A stretch of DNA of 64,000 nucleotides, taken from NCBI GenBank assembly GCA_044226015.1, contig JBGAHS010000001.1, forward strand, positions 736,001-800,000, written 5' to 3'. This DNA is from Candidatus Obscuribacteraceae bacterium. Lineage in GTDB: Bacteria > Cyanobacteriota > Vampirovibrionia > Obscuribacterales > Obscuribacteraceae. The notes beneath the pieces are model-generated. The model did no database searches. It saw nothing but the letters and a program-made list of their open reading frames with translations, and was not told the origin of the DNA. Position numbers and translations under genes: made by a program. Positions 50,321 to 60,477 of this stretch are shown here, one piece after another (position 1 is the first letter of the stretch; each line of letters starts with the position of its first letter).

Positions 50321-50779
50321 ATGAAACTGCTAGATCGCTCAGCCACTGCACTATTACTAGCGGCTACCTGTCTAAATGTTGCGCCGGTACTTGCGGATAC
50401 GATCCAGGGCGGTGTAACCAGAACGAACATCTCTAATAAGACTTATCTTCAGAGACATCCTGTAGTGAAGCGCACCGCAATTGGTGCTGGAGTAGGAGCC
50501 GGTGCCGGCGCATTAACCGGTATGGTAACTGGCAAAGGCGCTCTTCGTGGTGCTGCAATAGGTGCAGCGACCGGTACTTCCGTCGGGCTTATTAAATCCA
50601 GCAAGACGATGAAAGCTCATCCCACAGCTACCAAAGTAGCTGAAGGCGCTGCTATAGGCTTGGGACTGGGGCTTGCAGCCAGCAGAGGACATAATACTGG
50701 CAAACGTGCCCTGACAGCTGGCGGCATCGGAGCTGCGGTTGGTCTTGGAGCTGGATTACTCTCAAAAGAGTTCCAATAA
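50321..50779 (+). CDS. Exported glycine-zipper protein
   Basis: Signal peptide followed by repeated GAGVGAGAGALTG, GAAIGAATG and GGIGAAVGLGAG; AGGAAGGA RBS. Confidence 0.75.
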   Translation: MKLLDRSATALLLAATCLNVAPVLADTIQGGVTRTNISNKTYLQRHPVVKRTAIGAGVGAGAGALTGMVTGKGALRGAAIGAATGTSVGLIKSSKTMKAHPTATKVAEGAAIGLGLGLAASRGHNTGKRALTAGGIGAAVGLGAGLLSKEFQ

Positions 50780-50794
50780 AAGTTAGAGGTTACT

Positions 50795-52201
50795 TTGAAA
50801 CGGGCTAAGCGTCACTTTAGATTGATTGGCTGGCCCGTTTTGATTTTGTTTGCAATTGGTTCAATCACATCGGCTGTGCTTATCTTTAAGCATCCGCCGT
50901 CTTTTTCTGCACCCGAGAAATATTGCGTCGATACTGAGGTCAGAAGATTACCAGGCGGGTTCAATGACAGAGATTGTTTCAATAGTAATTCTCCTGAATT
51001 GGTTCTTTCGGAAGGTATCCTCCTTTCCACCTTTCCTGCCCAAGGAATGCGGCACCCCGAGGCTCATCTGAACCATGCCTTTGAAGGAGAGTTCAATCTC
51101 TTTTCTCACCATGTTGCCAAAAACGAAGACTCTGAAGACGACCGCTGTCTTTATCTGGGCTACGTGATGGGCAATCGAACTAATCGCAAAATCAAAATTG
51201 AAATTCAGGCAGGTGCATCCTATTTAAGCCAACCAGATGCTCCATTTATTAGTTTGCCAGAAGTATGTCTTAATGATGACGGTAAGGTATTTGCTGGTCC
51301 TGGTGACAGGGTCGCTCTTGAGGTTTTGCGAGGGCAAAAGCCCGCGAATATACCGGAATCTATCGTTTTAGAAGCAGGGGAAACTCGTCTGGTTTTTACT
51401 TTGCCGGTGCCAGTCAGGCATCTCAAGCCTGCCTTAAACGGGCGCTCGACACTACTGAAGTTGAAGTCTAATGGTCCCGTTTATATCGCGGGTATAGCAA
51501 AATTTTCCAAGCGTGGCGAAGAAGGTGTCTCACCCTCTGCCGCTGAGTATTTGAGTCTGCTTACTGATGCTGATTTTGTTCGTCCGCGAGATGAAGCTCC
51601 GACTCCCCCAGCAGAAACTTCACGCATTAGATATGGGCGAGTTGCTGGTATTCAACATGGTACCAGGTGGTCCGGAGTAATCAGTGACAAGGGCTCATCG
51701 GACTTGAAAATTCCCGAAGCTGGTCAGAGTATTAGCTACCCAATAAGCACAGTGAGTGGTGGCACATTTGGTACCAATCAAGTGCAAAGTGCGGAACTGC
51801 CATTTCGCTATCCTGATACTGCTTATCAGGCTCATGGCAATTATGGCGTGGAATATGATTTCGAGCTTCCGTTGACGAATGAAAGCCAAGAAGAGCGAAG
51901 TGTGCAAGTCTTATTTCAATCGGCCTTGAAAAGCAATGAGAAAAGTCCTCAAGTCTGCTTTTATAATAATGCCGCTCCCCGTGCTTTTTTCCGAGGGTCC
52001 ATTAGAGTTCGCGACGGCAGTGAAAGCAAATTCTGGCATCTGGTGCAAAAGCAAGGTGCTGAGGGCGCAAAGATAGCCGAATTCAAAATGCCCCCAAATT
52101 CTAAGCACAAGATTGAAGTGAGCTTTATTTATCCTGCTGATGCAACACCGCCGCAAGAGCTTACGATTAAGTCGAATGTCGTGGAATCTGATTCCAATTA
52201 G
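50795..52201 (+). CDS. DUF3370 family protein
   Basis: FNSNSPELV..EGILLSTFP, SYLSQPDAPF, YGRVAG, AHGNYGVEY and YPADATPPQ motifs. Confidence 0.85.
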   Translation: MKRAKRHFRLIGWPVLILFAIGSITSAVLIFKHPPSFSAPEKYCVDTEVRRLPGGFNDRDCFNSNSPELVLSEGILLSTFPAQGMRHPEAHLNHAFEGEFNLFSHHVAKNEDSEDDRCLYLGYVMGNRTNRKIKIEIQAGASYLSQPDAPFISLPEVCLNDDGKVFAGPGDRVALEVLRGQKPANIPESIVLEAGETRLVFTLPVPVRHLKPALNGRSTLLKLKSNGPVYIAGIAKFSKRGEEGVSPSAAEYLSLLTDADFVRPRDEAPTPPAETSRIRYGRVAGIQHGTRWSGVISDKGSSDLKIPEAGQSISYPISTVSGGTFGTNQVQSAELPFRYPDTAYQAHGNYGVEYDFELPLTNESQEERSVQVLFQSALKSNEKSPQVCFYNNAAPRAFFRGSIRVRDGSESKFWHLVQKQGAEGAKIAEFKMPPNSKHKIEVSFIYPADATPPQELTIKSNVVESDSN

Positions 52202-52208
52202 GGCGGAG

Positions 52209-54125
52209 TTATAAATCTGGGCTCAATTCTTTCAAGTCTTTTTCCCTGCCAATTTTCACTGCGATTTCTCGCATGTCTTCAAGTATCATTCGCTCGGTAG
52301 AGAGGTCTGAATGATTCGTTTCGCGCAAATGTGATTTTATATACTCATAGTCCTCGCTAGCCTTCTCGGGCTGCTTCAAAGCTACCAGTATGACAGCCCG
52401 CACAACCCGGACATAAAGGTAGGAGGGGTCGTAGTCTTTATCGTAGTGATGGTAATTTGAAATAGCTTTATCAATGTGTGTAAGTGCCTTTTCTAAGTCG
52501 CCATATTTTAGTTCAGCTGAGGCCAGCGTCGTAAGGGCCGAGGTTCCCAGGTATGTGGCTAGATCTTTTCGTTCCTGGCTAATCTCGAAGCTTTCCGTTG
52601 CTGTTTTGATTGCGTTTTTGAAATCACCAGATTGAGCCTGTGCGCTAGCAAGAGCATTGAGTGTAATGACCCGTAAGCCACGTATTTCCATGCTGGAACT
52701 TGGTGTGGACTCTGTTAGCAATAGGGCTTCTTTTAAGGTTTCTTTAGCAGACTTCGCATCTTTTAGTGAATTTTGTGCACTTGCTTGCGAGCAAATCAGG
52801 GCAATGTACATAGTGCTTCTCTTGTCGTTATTTGCACGACAGAGGTCGATCGCTTTTTGAATATTCGTCAGGCTGGTTTCGTAATCAGCCTTTCTTGCGA
52901 AAAGGTCCGCTAAATATTTGTGAGCACTACAAATTTGCTGCCATTTGTTGGTGGTGTTGTTTCGTTTCATCCACGATTGTATTAGCGAGATAGCGTCATC
53001 TATTCGTCCCGCGTTTGCTAGTTTAGTTGCCTGATTGTTAGTAGCCTCCAGGCTCAACGGGCGCAGCGGAGTGCTCAGGGATACTTTCTGATTCGATTCA
53101 GTCACTACCTCGAGAGCGGCCATTCGCTGTTTGACGATGATGGCTGCACATACTCCAACCACTGTCATTCCAATTAGCATTGTCCACAAATAGAATGTAC
53201 CGAACAAATCCTTTCCTGTTTTTTGTTCGGGTGGCAGCGCGAAATGCATGCCAGATTTTGTCGATGCGTCGCGCAGGCGCACAAGCTCTTCACGCAATTG
53301 CGTCGCTGTTTCCGTTCTTTTATCGGGGTCTTCCTCTGTTGCTTTTGCGATTAGTGAGCTTAGTGGTTCGGTAACTTTACCGTCTATGGCAACAGACTCA
53401 AACAGAGATACGCCTAACGCATAAATATCCGCACGCGCGTCCGCCTCGCGTCCAAGATATTGTTCAGGGCTTATATATTTTCTGGTACCTAGAATTTCGC
53501 CTTGTTGGGTGAGTTTCTGATGAGCCGCATCATCTTCGAGATTTAATTTCGACATTCCGAAGTCAACTACTTTAACGTTTGAGTTGAGGTCACCACTATT
53601 TAGAATCAGTATGTTTCCGGGCTTTATGTCTCTGTGTATCACATTTCTGGAATGAGCATGTTCGAGTGCCGCTGCTACCTGACAGAAAATGCTAACTGCT
53701 CGTTCGGGGGTGAGGACCTTCTCTTTAGCTAGAACTTCGGCAAGGTCTTGCCCTTCCAGGTATTCCTGTGCCATGTAGGGCACACCCTGTGCAGTCACTG
53801 CAAATGAATAAACTTTGGCGATATTTTCCTGTTCGAGGTGTGCTACTGAAATTGCTTCGCGCCGAAATCGCTGCAAGTCTATCAACTCAGATGATTTTAG
53901 GATTTTTAGCGCTAATATTCGGTTTAGCTCTTTGTGTCTCGCTTTATAAACACGGCTCATTCCACCCATACCGATAAAATCGAGAATCTCGTATTTGTCA
54001 TCAAATATGGTGCCAATTCTGGAGTCTCTTTCGCTTAGCCTGACCCTGTCAAATGGGCATTCCTGTACATCATTCGCAAACTGACGGTGGCAAACGATGC
54101 AAATTTTTCCAGGTGAGGTCGACAT
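52209..54125 (-). CDS. Membrane Ser/Thr protein kinase with N-terminal Zn-ribbon and C-terminal TPRs
   Basis: GMGGMSRVY, ALK, HRDIKPGN, DFG and YISPE motifs, a TM segment and TPR-like repeats. The start overlaps the upstream stop (TGATG). Confidence 0.9.
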   Translation of the reverse strand: MSTSPGKICIVCHRQFANDVQECPFDRVRLSERDSRIGTIFDDKYEILDFIGMGGMSRVYKARHKELNRILALKILKSSELIDLQRFRREAISVAHLEQENIAKVYSFAVTAQGVPYMAQEYLEGQDLAEVLAKEKVLTPERAVSIFCQVAAALEHAHSRNVIHRDIKPGNILILNSGDLNSNVKVVDFGMSKLNLEDDAAHQKLTQQGEILGTRKYISPEQYLGREADARADIYALGVSLFESVAIDGKVTEPLSSLIAKATEEDPDKRTETATQLREELVRLRDASTKSGMHFALPPEQKTGKDLFGTFYLWTMLIGMTVVGVCAAIIVKQRMAALEVVTESNQKVSLSTPLRPLSLEATNNQATKLANAGRIDDAISLIQSWMKRNNTTNKWQQICSAHKYLADLFARKADYETSLTNIQKAIDLCRANNDKRSTMYIALICSQASAQNSLKDAKSAKETLKEALLLTESTPSSSMEIRGLRVITLNALASAQAQSGDFKNAIKTATESFEISQERKDLATYLGTSALTTLASAELKYGDLEKALTHIDKAISNYHHYDKDYDPSYLYVRVVRAVILVALKQPEKASEDYEYIKSHLRETNHSDLSTERMILEDMREIAVKIGREKDLKELSPDL

Positions 54126-56101
54126 CAGCTTCTATTCCATTCGTTTTGGCTGATGTTCTTCACCGAGCTAATCATCCAGCGCCCTTTTTTGCGAATGAGC
54201 TGAAATGCAAAATGACCAGTTCCACCTTTGCTGAAATATGCCATGTCCACCAGTGTTTTAGCACTGTCCTTTGACACTTTGATAACCTTGGTGGCATTTC
54301 CAGGAGCAATTTCTGAATCGGGGTTGTGATTTGATAATTTGAATCCGCGCTTGAATTCTTCAAAGTTGTTCTTTCTCAAACTCGAAGCCGGGTCAATGTT
54401 GTCGTAAGCTGCTTCCCATTGTCGTCGTCCTAATTGCCCGTAGTGTCGTCTCACCACGGAATCGGCATCTTTTACTATGGGGTCTACCACACCTGTGAAA
54501 TCGGCTGAGTCCAGCTCTAAACCGTTAATGCCCTGGTGATAAGTGAAGTTCCAGAGCGCTCCGTTCAAGAGCCCTTCAGGATTGCTGATTTTTACTGCTT
54601 CGTTATTATAAATTCCAAGCTTCAGCGTCTTGCCTTCTACGTTCAATTCGCATTCCGCATTATCACCATGGCGATCGTAATAATAGAGAACCCCATTCAC
54701 AGTGTGTTGTGGCGGGGCTTCCTTTTTTGATGGCATCAAAACTGCTGTTGCTGTGCAAATGAGGATAAGAGCTGCAGCAGCGAATCCCCAAAGTGCCATT
54801 CTGGCGCTATGACTTGTAATTCTGCTGATTTGAGAAACTTGTTCTTGTGATGAGTCCTTATCGGGACGAGCAGATTTTGTTTCCAAACCAGCGAACGTGT
54901 CAGCCTTGGGCGAGTCGGCTTGTTTCAACTCAGCATCTGACTCAATTGTTTTTTGTTTTGATTCAGAAATTACAACTGTGCTTTCGTCGGGTTTTTGTAC
55001 TTTTTTCTTTTGCTCAGCTTTGTTGCCGTTAGAAAGCACAGGCTTCTCCAGCTTTTGACTTGCGTCTGCAGCCCGGGTCTGAGGAGTTCCTTTTGATTGA
55101 CCCTGTCCGCCACCTTTATTCTCTAGCTGCAGAAATGCAGTCAATGCTGCGTTCAACTCACCCATTGATTGGAAGCGTTTCTGCGGGTCCTTTTCCAGGC
55201 AACGCATTACGATTGCTTCCATTTCTTTTCTTATGGTTTTGTTTTGCACCACATCTTTTAGTGCCGGCGGTTTCTCCTTTATTTGCATGCTGAGAACCTG
55301 CATTAGGTCCTCGGCTTCAAATGGAAGTTTGCCGGAGAGTGCTTCAAACATGCATACGCCAGCGGCATAAATGTCTGAACGCTGGTCAATTTTTAAGCCA
55401 CGAGATTGCTCGGGGCTCATGTAGTCCGGCGTGCCAAGGCATTCTCCTGTCCTGGTGATTTTTTCTTTTGAGTCGCCGCGAGCATTGAAAGCTTTTGCTA
55501 ATCCAAAATCCAGTACCTTGATATGCGGTCCGCGAGAGGTTGAACTTATGAAAATGTTCGTCGGCTTCAAGTCTCGGTGCAGAATTCCCATTCCGTGCGC
55601 ATGTTGCAGTGCATCACAAACTTGAGCAAAAATCTTGGCACATGCCCTTTCGTTGAGCTGCCCATTCAACTCAAGAAATTCCTGGAGACTGGCTCCCTCA
55701 AGATATTCCATCACCAGGTAAAGGTCACCGTTTTCGGTCACCCCAAAATCGTAAATCGTTATGATGTTTGGATGATTGAGCAGGCTTGCGCTCTTAGCCT
55801 CTTGCTCGAACCTCTTCCACATCGAAGGGTCGTAGGTCAAAACCTCGGCAATGCATTTAATTGCCACTGGGCGGTCTAATGCGACATGCTTTCCTCGATA
55901 GATAACACCCATGCCGCCGCGGGTGAGTACTTCTTGAACTTCATATTTCCCGGCGATTCGCGTGCCTACCATTCGGTCTGGGCGGCGGGAGATAAGTGGT
56001 CCGCCATCGTATGGGCAGACGGGGTGATCACCCGTAACCTCGCGCTGGCAGAGGACGCAAATCTGCGTCTTGCAAGGGGTTTCTTGTTCCGGGGTGGACA
56101 T
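54125..56101 (-). CDS. Membrane Ser/Thr protein kinase with N-terminal Zn-ribbon and extracytoplasmic domain
   Basis: GGMGVIY, VAIK, HPNI, HRDLKPTN, DFGLAK and GTPDYMSPEQ motifs; TM ALWGFAAAALILICTATAVLM. Likely ATG at 56101 (ORF to 56170). Confidence 0.92.
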   Translation of the reverse strand: MSTPEQETPCKTQICVLCQREVTGDHPVCPYDGGPLISRRPDRMVGTRIAGKYEVQEVLTRGGMGVIYRGKHVALDRPVAIKCIAEVLTYDPSMWKRFEQEAKSASLLNHPNIITIYDFGVTENGDLYLVMEYLEGASLQEFLELNGQLNERACAKIFAQVCDALQHAHGMGILHRDLKPTNIFISSTSRGPHIKVLDFGLAKAFNARGDSKEKITRTGECLGTPDYMSPEQSRGLKIDQRSDIYAAGVCMFEALSGKLPFEAEDLMQVLSMQIKEKPPALKDVVQNKTIRKEMEAIVMRCLEKDPQKRFQSMGELNAALTAFLQLENKGGGQGQSKGTPQTRAADASQKLEKPVLSNGNKAEQKKKVQKPDESTVVISESKQKTIESDAELKQADSPKADTFAGLETKSARPDKDSSQEQVSQISRITSHSARMALWGFAAAALILICTATAVLMPSKKEAPPQHTVNGVLYYYDRHGDNAECELNVEGKTLKLGIYNNEAVKISNPEGLLNGALWNFTYHQGINGLELDSADFTGVVDPIVKDADSVVRRHYGQLGRRQWEAAYDNIDPASSLRKNNFEEFKRGFKLSNHNPDSEIAPGNATKVIKVSKDSAKTLVDMAYFSKGGTGHFAFQLIRKKGRWMISSVKNISQNEWNRS

Positions 56102-56238
56102 AAATGCGTCAGGACTCCCATTTGGGGAGAATTTGTATGGATGTATTTTACCGCAATTAACTACTCCCAAGTCAGCTTACCCCCGGCAGCTCTTAATTAG
56201 CCGGATTCAGACCTTTGAAATCCAGCTATAGCGGTGTT

Positions 56239-59200
56239 TTATTTTTCGATATTTGAACCTGTTGAAGCCTGTTTTAACGGAAGCTTTACAATGAGTGCAT
56301 TCATTTCCTCTCTGTCTCTGTGGTATTCGAGGCTGCCTCCATGGGCGCTTATGACCCGATATGAGAGCACTGGGGAGAGTATCGAAAGGTGCAAAGAGCT
56401 AATTACAGAGTGATTTGCAGTTTTTCGTCTTAATAGATTGCTAATTAGATTGGCACTGGCTTGTCTATCAAATAGTCCGCTAATCTCCTCCTCTGTGAAT
56501 TGCTCCCCATTGTCTTTAATACACCAGAGCACATGTTCCGTCGTGTATTCAGCGCTCACTTGTACCGTTGCACCTGCAGGAAGCCTGGCTGCGCTGAGAG
56601 TTATGAGATTTGAAACTGCCTGAACTATTCGCTCAAACTCAAGAAAAAGAGTTATTTCATCTAAGGCTTCACGCAGGTCAATTTCAACCTCATACTGACG
56701 CGACTGGGCAATCTCACAGGACTTTTCCAGGCACTCTGCGGAAGATACTTCTGAGCGAACGAATGTCATTTTGCCAGACTCTATTTTTTCCAGGTCGAGC
56801 AGGTCGTTTATCAATTCAATCAATACTTCGCTCTGATAAATAATGTCTTCGAGCAGGGGTCTTGCATTCGCGCCGACGGGACCTGTGGCACCTTCATGAA
56901 TTAGCGCTGCTGTGCCAGTCATCGATGTTAAAGGGCTGCGAAGGTCATGGCTTACAACTGCAAGAAATTCTTCTTTCAATTGCTCTAGTTCTTTTCTTGC
57001 AGTGATATCATGTGCGATGCAATACAGGTAGTTTTGCTCACTTGTTCGGGAAAGAGAGACTAGCATGTATGCCATTTTTCCATCGCTGGAGCGGATCTTA
57101 ATCTCGCGATTCTCCGCTGAACTTAGCTCTGAACTCAAAAATCGAGTGAAGATATCGCTATCATCTTTTTCGACAAAATTGAAGATTGATTGATTTCTCA
57201 AATCATCTTTATTGCACGATAAAATATCTTCTGCTGCCGGGTTGGAACTGAGGAATCTTCCTTGATTGTCCAGTATGCAAATCAAATCTCTAGAATTGTC
57301 TAAAATTGCGCGTTCTTTCTTTCGCGCCGCAGCCAACTTTTCTGCTGTGTCGTGAAACGCCTTATCTAATTTTGATATTTCGTCGCTACCTTCTACCACC
57401 GGATTTAGCGGCAGCTCTCTTGCGACTCTAGATGCATTATCGGCTTGTATAGCAAGCCGTGAAGTGATATCTCTGCTGAAAAATCTTGCCAGAAACAATG
57501 ACAGCAAGAGATTGAAGAGTAATCCCGAGTTCAATGCTATTCCCTGCAGCTCGCGCAATTGATTTTGCTTTTGCGGGTTGATGAATTCGCGTCGCTCGGC
57601 TTCATCAATTAGTTTTCCTACTCTCTTGGAGATGCCCGTCGAAGTTGCCCAGAGTTCATACCTGTCTGGCTTATATCGCCCAATGTTGTTCTTCGTGTAA
57701 CCATTCTCTTCTAGAGCCCGTCGTGAGGCTTCGATGTGACTCACCATTCGGTCATGGAGTTTTTCGGCTGCCCCGAAAAGTTCTGCTTCTTTCGCGTCAT
57801 GCCTGACGAGTCTTTTCAATTTGTTGCCAGAGTCGATCAAGTGTTCATTTAGTTTGTCATACTCAAACCATTGCTTCTTCGTCTTAATATGTATCACTGT
57901 CACGCAGTTGGTGAAGTAGGCGTCGAGCAGCCTGTATGCGGTTTGTGCAATCTGTCTTTGTCTCGATTCCTCGACTCTGCTCTTTTGTGTTTGAATCAAT
58001 AGAGTAGTTATGCTCACCACGAAAATGAGTTCGAAAAGAATTGGAACCCCGATTAATAAAGCACCTTTTTGAAACAAGGACAGCTTTGAACCTGCTGACT
58101 TAGTCGTCTGCGATATGACAGGGAAAGCCTGGCTTCGCGCTGTTGCAGCTGATTCTGCCTTTGCTTTGACTATAAGCTTTTGTTGATTCTCCCAATTGGA
58201 AAAAATCGCTTCATTCTTTGGCAACGTAAATACGAATTCGCTGCCAACGCCCTCTTTGCTTTCTACATAGATTTTGCCACCGCTCGATTCAATTATGTCT
58301 TTGCAAATTGGCAGCCCAAGCCCGGTGCCAGCTTTTGCTTTGCCATCTCGCGCGTCAACTTGTTTGAACTTCTCGAATACGGACATTCTGTGTTCTTCTG
58401 GTATACCGCGACCTTTATCGAGCACGGACACTCGTATATATTCCTCTTCTTCCTCTCTGGCAATTAGAGTTACGCAGCTGTCTTGAGGAGAGAACTTGAT
58501 GGAGTTAGAACCCAGGTTTACTAGCACTTGAATAATCTTGTTAGGGTCAGCGTAGCAAGTCGTTGCATCGCATTCGATTTCGAACTTTATTTTTGACTTT
58601 TGAGCCATGCCTTCAAGGTCAGCGATTGCTCTTTCGAGAATTGGTTTAAGCGCAACTATTTGTCGGTTTGCAGATTGTTGTTCTGTTTCGGAGTCAGTTA
58701 ATTCAAGAAGCTCGTTTACCAGAGATAACAATCGTGCGCCGTTGCTTTTGATTGACTCTAGCCTGCTGATTGCTTTGCTACTCAGTTCGTTTTGCAGCGA
58801 CCCTACAAGGGTTTCCACATTTGAGGAAATTCTAAAAAGCGGTTCTCTCAAATCAGAACTCATCATCGAAATGAATGCGTGTTTGTTATGCTCAAGTTGT
58901 TTTCGCTCAGTTATGTCATGCACTACGCAGTAAAGTACATTCTCCTCTTCGGCAAAATAAATTGACCACAGCGTTTCTATCTTCTTTCCGCTGGGTCCAT
59001 AAACGCTACTTTCGATGTCTTGTTGTTCGTTTGTTTCTCGGGCTCGGCGAAATTTTGATAGAGCAGATTCTATTTCTTCCTTGTTCTCACCAAGAATTTG
59101 TGATACTGAATGTAGTAGCAGTTCGTCTTCTGCATATCCCCATACCCTGAGGCATGCTGGGTTGATCTTGCAGAACTTAAGGTCTGCATCAAGTACGCAG

Positions 59201-60051
59201 ATAACGTCGTTCGCACTTTCCAGGAGCAAGCGCTCTCTGTCCGCTGCATCTTTGAGGCTCTGATGCATTTTGTGAAAGGACTGGTCGAGTTGCGCTATTT
59301 CGTCGGCACCTCCAATCTGAGGCAACAACTCGTATCCCTCAGCAAGTCGAAGTGTATTGCTCATAATTGACTTGAGCCTGCTCGTGATGCTTGTGCGGTA
59401 GAAATATACGAGAGCAAGCCCAGCAAGAACATTCACTGTGAGTCCGACCGCAAGTATCTGGAATTGCAAATTTTGCAAGGTGGCGCTTCTTTTACGGCTA
59501 TCTTCAGCCATCTGTTCTTGCATTTGAGTGACTATAGACATGCGTTGCATAGTCACTTCTCGCTTTTGACCGAATTTGTCTTGTATTCTGTGTAAATCAG
59601 CCGCAATTCCGAAGAGGCTAGTTCCATGCCTAGCCGGTGCTATTACCTCATCTAGGATGGGTGAGAGATCGTCGATGCTTGTTATGAGTTGTTCGGCGGC
59701 TTGTTCAGCTTCTCGATTTCCTTGAGAACAGGCCCTGAGCGCCCTTTTTCTGTCCTCCATGCCTGTTCTGTCCTGGTCGAACAGTTTGATGAAAAACTGA
59801 GGGTCGCCCTGGTACGCTGCAAAAGCAGCAATGACAGCTTCGTTTGCTAATTGCATCAGCTTTGCCGAATGTGCTGATGCTTGCCTGAATCTATTCTCGC
59901 GAACGCTTTCTCTGTCAGACTCTGCTAGCAACAGGGCTAGTGAAACAATCAAGGTAATTTCAATTATTAGCGGGGCGGCGACAAGAATGAGCCCCTTGTG
60001 GAAAACTTGGAGCCCCATTGTTTTCTTAGGTATGTTGGCGACACTGCTCAT
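56239..60051 (-). CDS. Tandem double sensor histidine kinase: (TM-sensor-TM-HAMP-PAS-HisKA-HATPase) x2
   Basis: Two paralogous halves starting at LQVFHKGLILV and LSLFQKGALLI. Each has a HAMP motif (DEIAQLD/DEISKLD), a PAS domain (HDITERK/HDITARK) and a kinase core. Confidence 0.9.
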   Translation of the reverse strand: MSSVANIPKKTMGLQVFHKGLILVAAPLIIEITLIVSLALLLAESDRESVRENRFRQASAHSAKLMQLANEAVIAAFAAYQGDPQFFIKLFDQDRTGMEDRKRALRACSQGNREAEQAAEQLITSIDDLSPILDEVIAPARHGTSLFGIAADLHRIQDKFGQKREVTMQRMSIVTQMQEQMAEDSRKRSATLQNLQFQILAVGLTVNVLAGLALVYFYRTSITSRLKSIMSNTLRLAEGYELLPQIGGADEIAQLDQSFHKMHQSLKDAADRERLLLESANDVICVLDADLKFCKINPACLRVWGYAEDELLLHSVSQILGENKEEIESALSKFRRARETNEQQDIESSVYGPSGKKIETLWSIYFAEEENVLYCVVHDITERKQLEHNKHAFISMMSSDLREPLFRISSNVETLVGSLQNELSSKAISRLESIKSNGARLLSLVNELLELTDSETEQQSANRQIVALKPILERAIADLEGMAQKSKIKFEIECDATTCYADPNKIIQVLVNLGSNSIKFSPQDSCVTLIAREEEEEYIRVSVLDKGRGIPEEHRMSVFEKFKQVDARDGKAKAGTGLGLPICKDIIESSGGKIYVESKEGVGSEFVFTLPKNEAIFSNWENQQKLIVKAKAESAATARSQAFPVISQTTKSAGSKLSLFQKGALLIGVPILFELIFVVSITTLLIQTQKSRVEESRQRQIAQTAYRLLDAYFTNCVTVIHIKTKKQWFEYDKLNEHLIDSGNKLKRLVRHDAKEAELFGAAEKLHDRMVSHIEASRRALEENGYTKNNIGRYKPDRYELWATSTGISKRVGKLIDEAERREFINPQKQNQLRELQGIALNSGLLFNLLLSLFLARFFSRDITSRLAIQADNASRVARELPLNPVVEGSDEISKLDKAFHDTAEKLAAARKKERAILDNSRDLICILDNQGRFLSSNPAAEDILSCNKDDLRNQSIFNFVEKDDSDIFTRFLSSELSSAENREIKIRSSDGKMAYMLVSLSRTSEQNYLYCIAHDITARKELEQLKEEFLAVVSHDLRSPLTSMTGTAALIHEGATGPVGANARPLLEDIIYQSEVLIELINDLLDLEKIESGKMTFVRSEVSSAECLEKSCEIAQSRQYEVEIDLREALDEITLFLEFERIVQAVSNLITLSAARLPAGATVQVSAEYTTEHVLWCIKDNGEQFTEEEISGLFDRQASANLISNLLRRKTANHSVISSLHLSILSPVLSYRVISAHGGSLEYHRDREEMNALIVKLPLKQASTGSNIEK

Positions 60052-60068
60052 TGGTTTGAGCTTCCGCG

Positions 60069-60476
60069 TTATTTTAGATGAAGCGAGACCCCTACTAATT
60101 CAGGATACCCAGTTGTGACATCAAGTACTCGCTCAAACTTCCATTCTTTGCTGAAGTCGTGCACCACAATTTCGCATGTTGTGTAAACCAGATTGCCTGG
60201 CATCAAGTGCCCACCGAGTGTTTCACCGGTTGAGTTGGAAAACGAAGCATGAATATGCAAGCCAGATTTTCCAAGCGTGCCAGTGGCTGATACGATTTCG
60301 AGCGGACCCTTGATTGTGCTGGCTTCTGGCTGATCGGCAAAACGAAGACTTCCCGTTTTTAGCGAACCGACAAGACTGAGAACAACGCCTGCATCAATGT
60401 GCTGTTCGGCTACAAGCGCTTTCAGTTCGTTGTAAACGTCTTGGTCTGGTTTCAAGCGTTTTACTAGAATCGGCAT
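60069..60476 (-). CDS. PPC/DUF296 domain protein
   Basis: RLKPDQD, VGSL...LRFA, GPLEIVSATGTL, LHIH and GGHL motifs. Confidence 0.88.
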   Translation of the reverse strand: MPILVKRLKPDQDVYNELKALVAEQHIDAGVVLSLVGSLKTGSLRFADQPEASTIKGPLEIVSATGTLGKSGLHIHASFSNSTGETLGGHLMPGNLVYTTCEIVVHDFSKEWKFERVLDVTTGYPELVGVSLHLK

Positions 60477-60477
60477 G

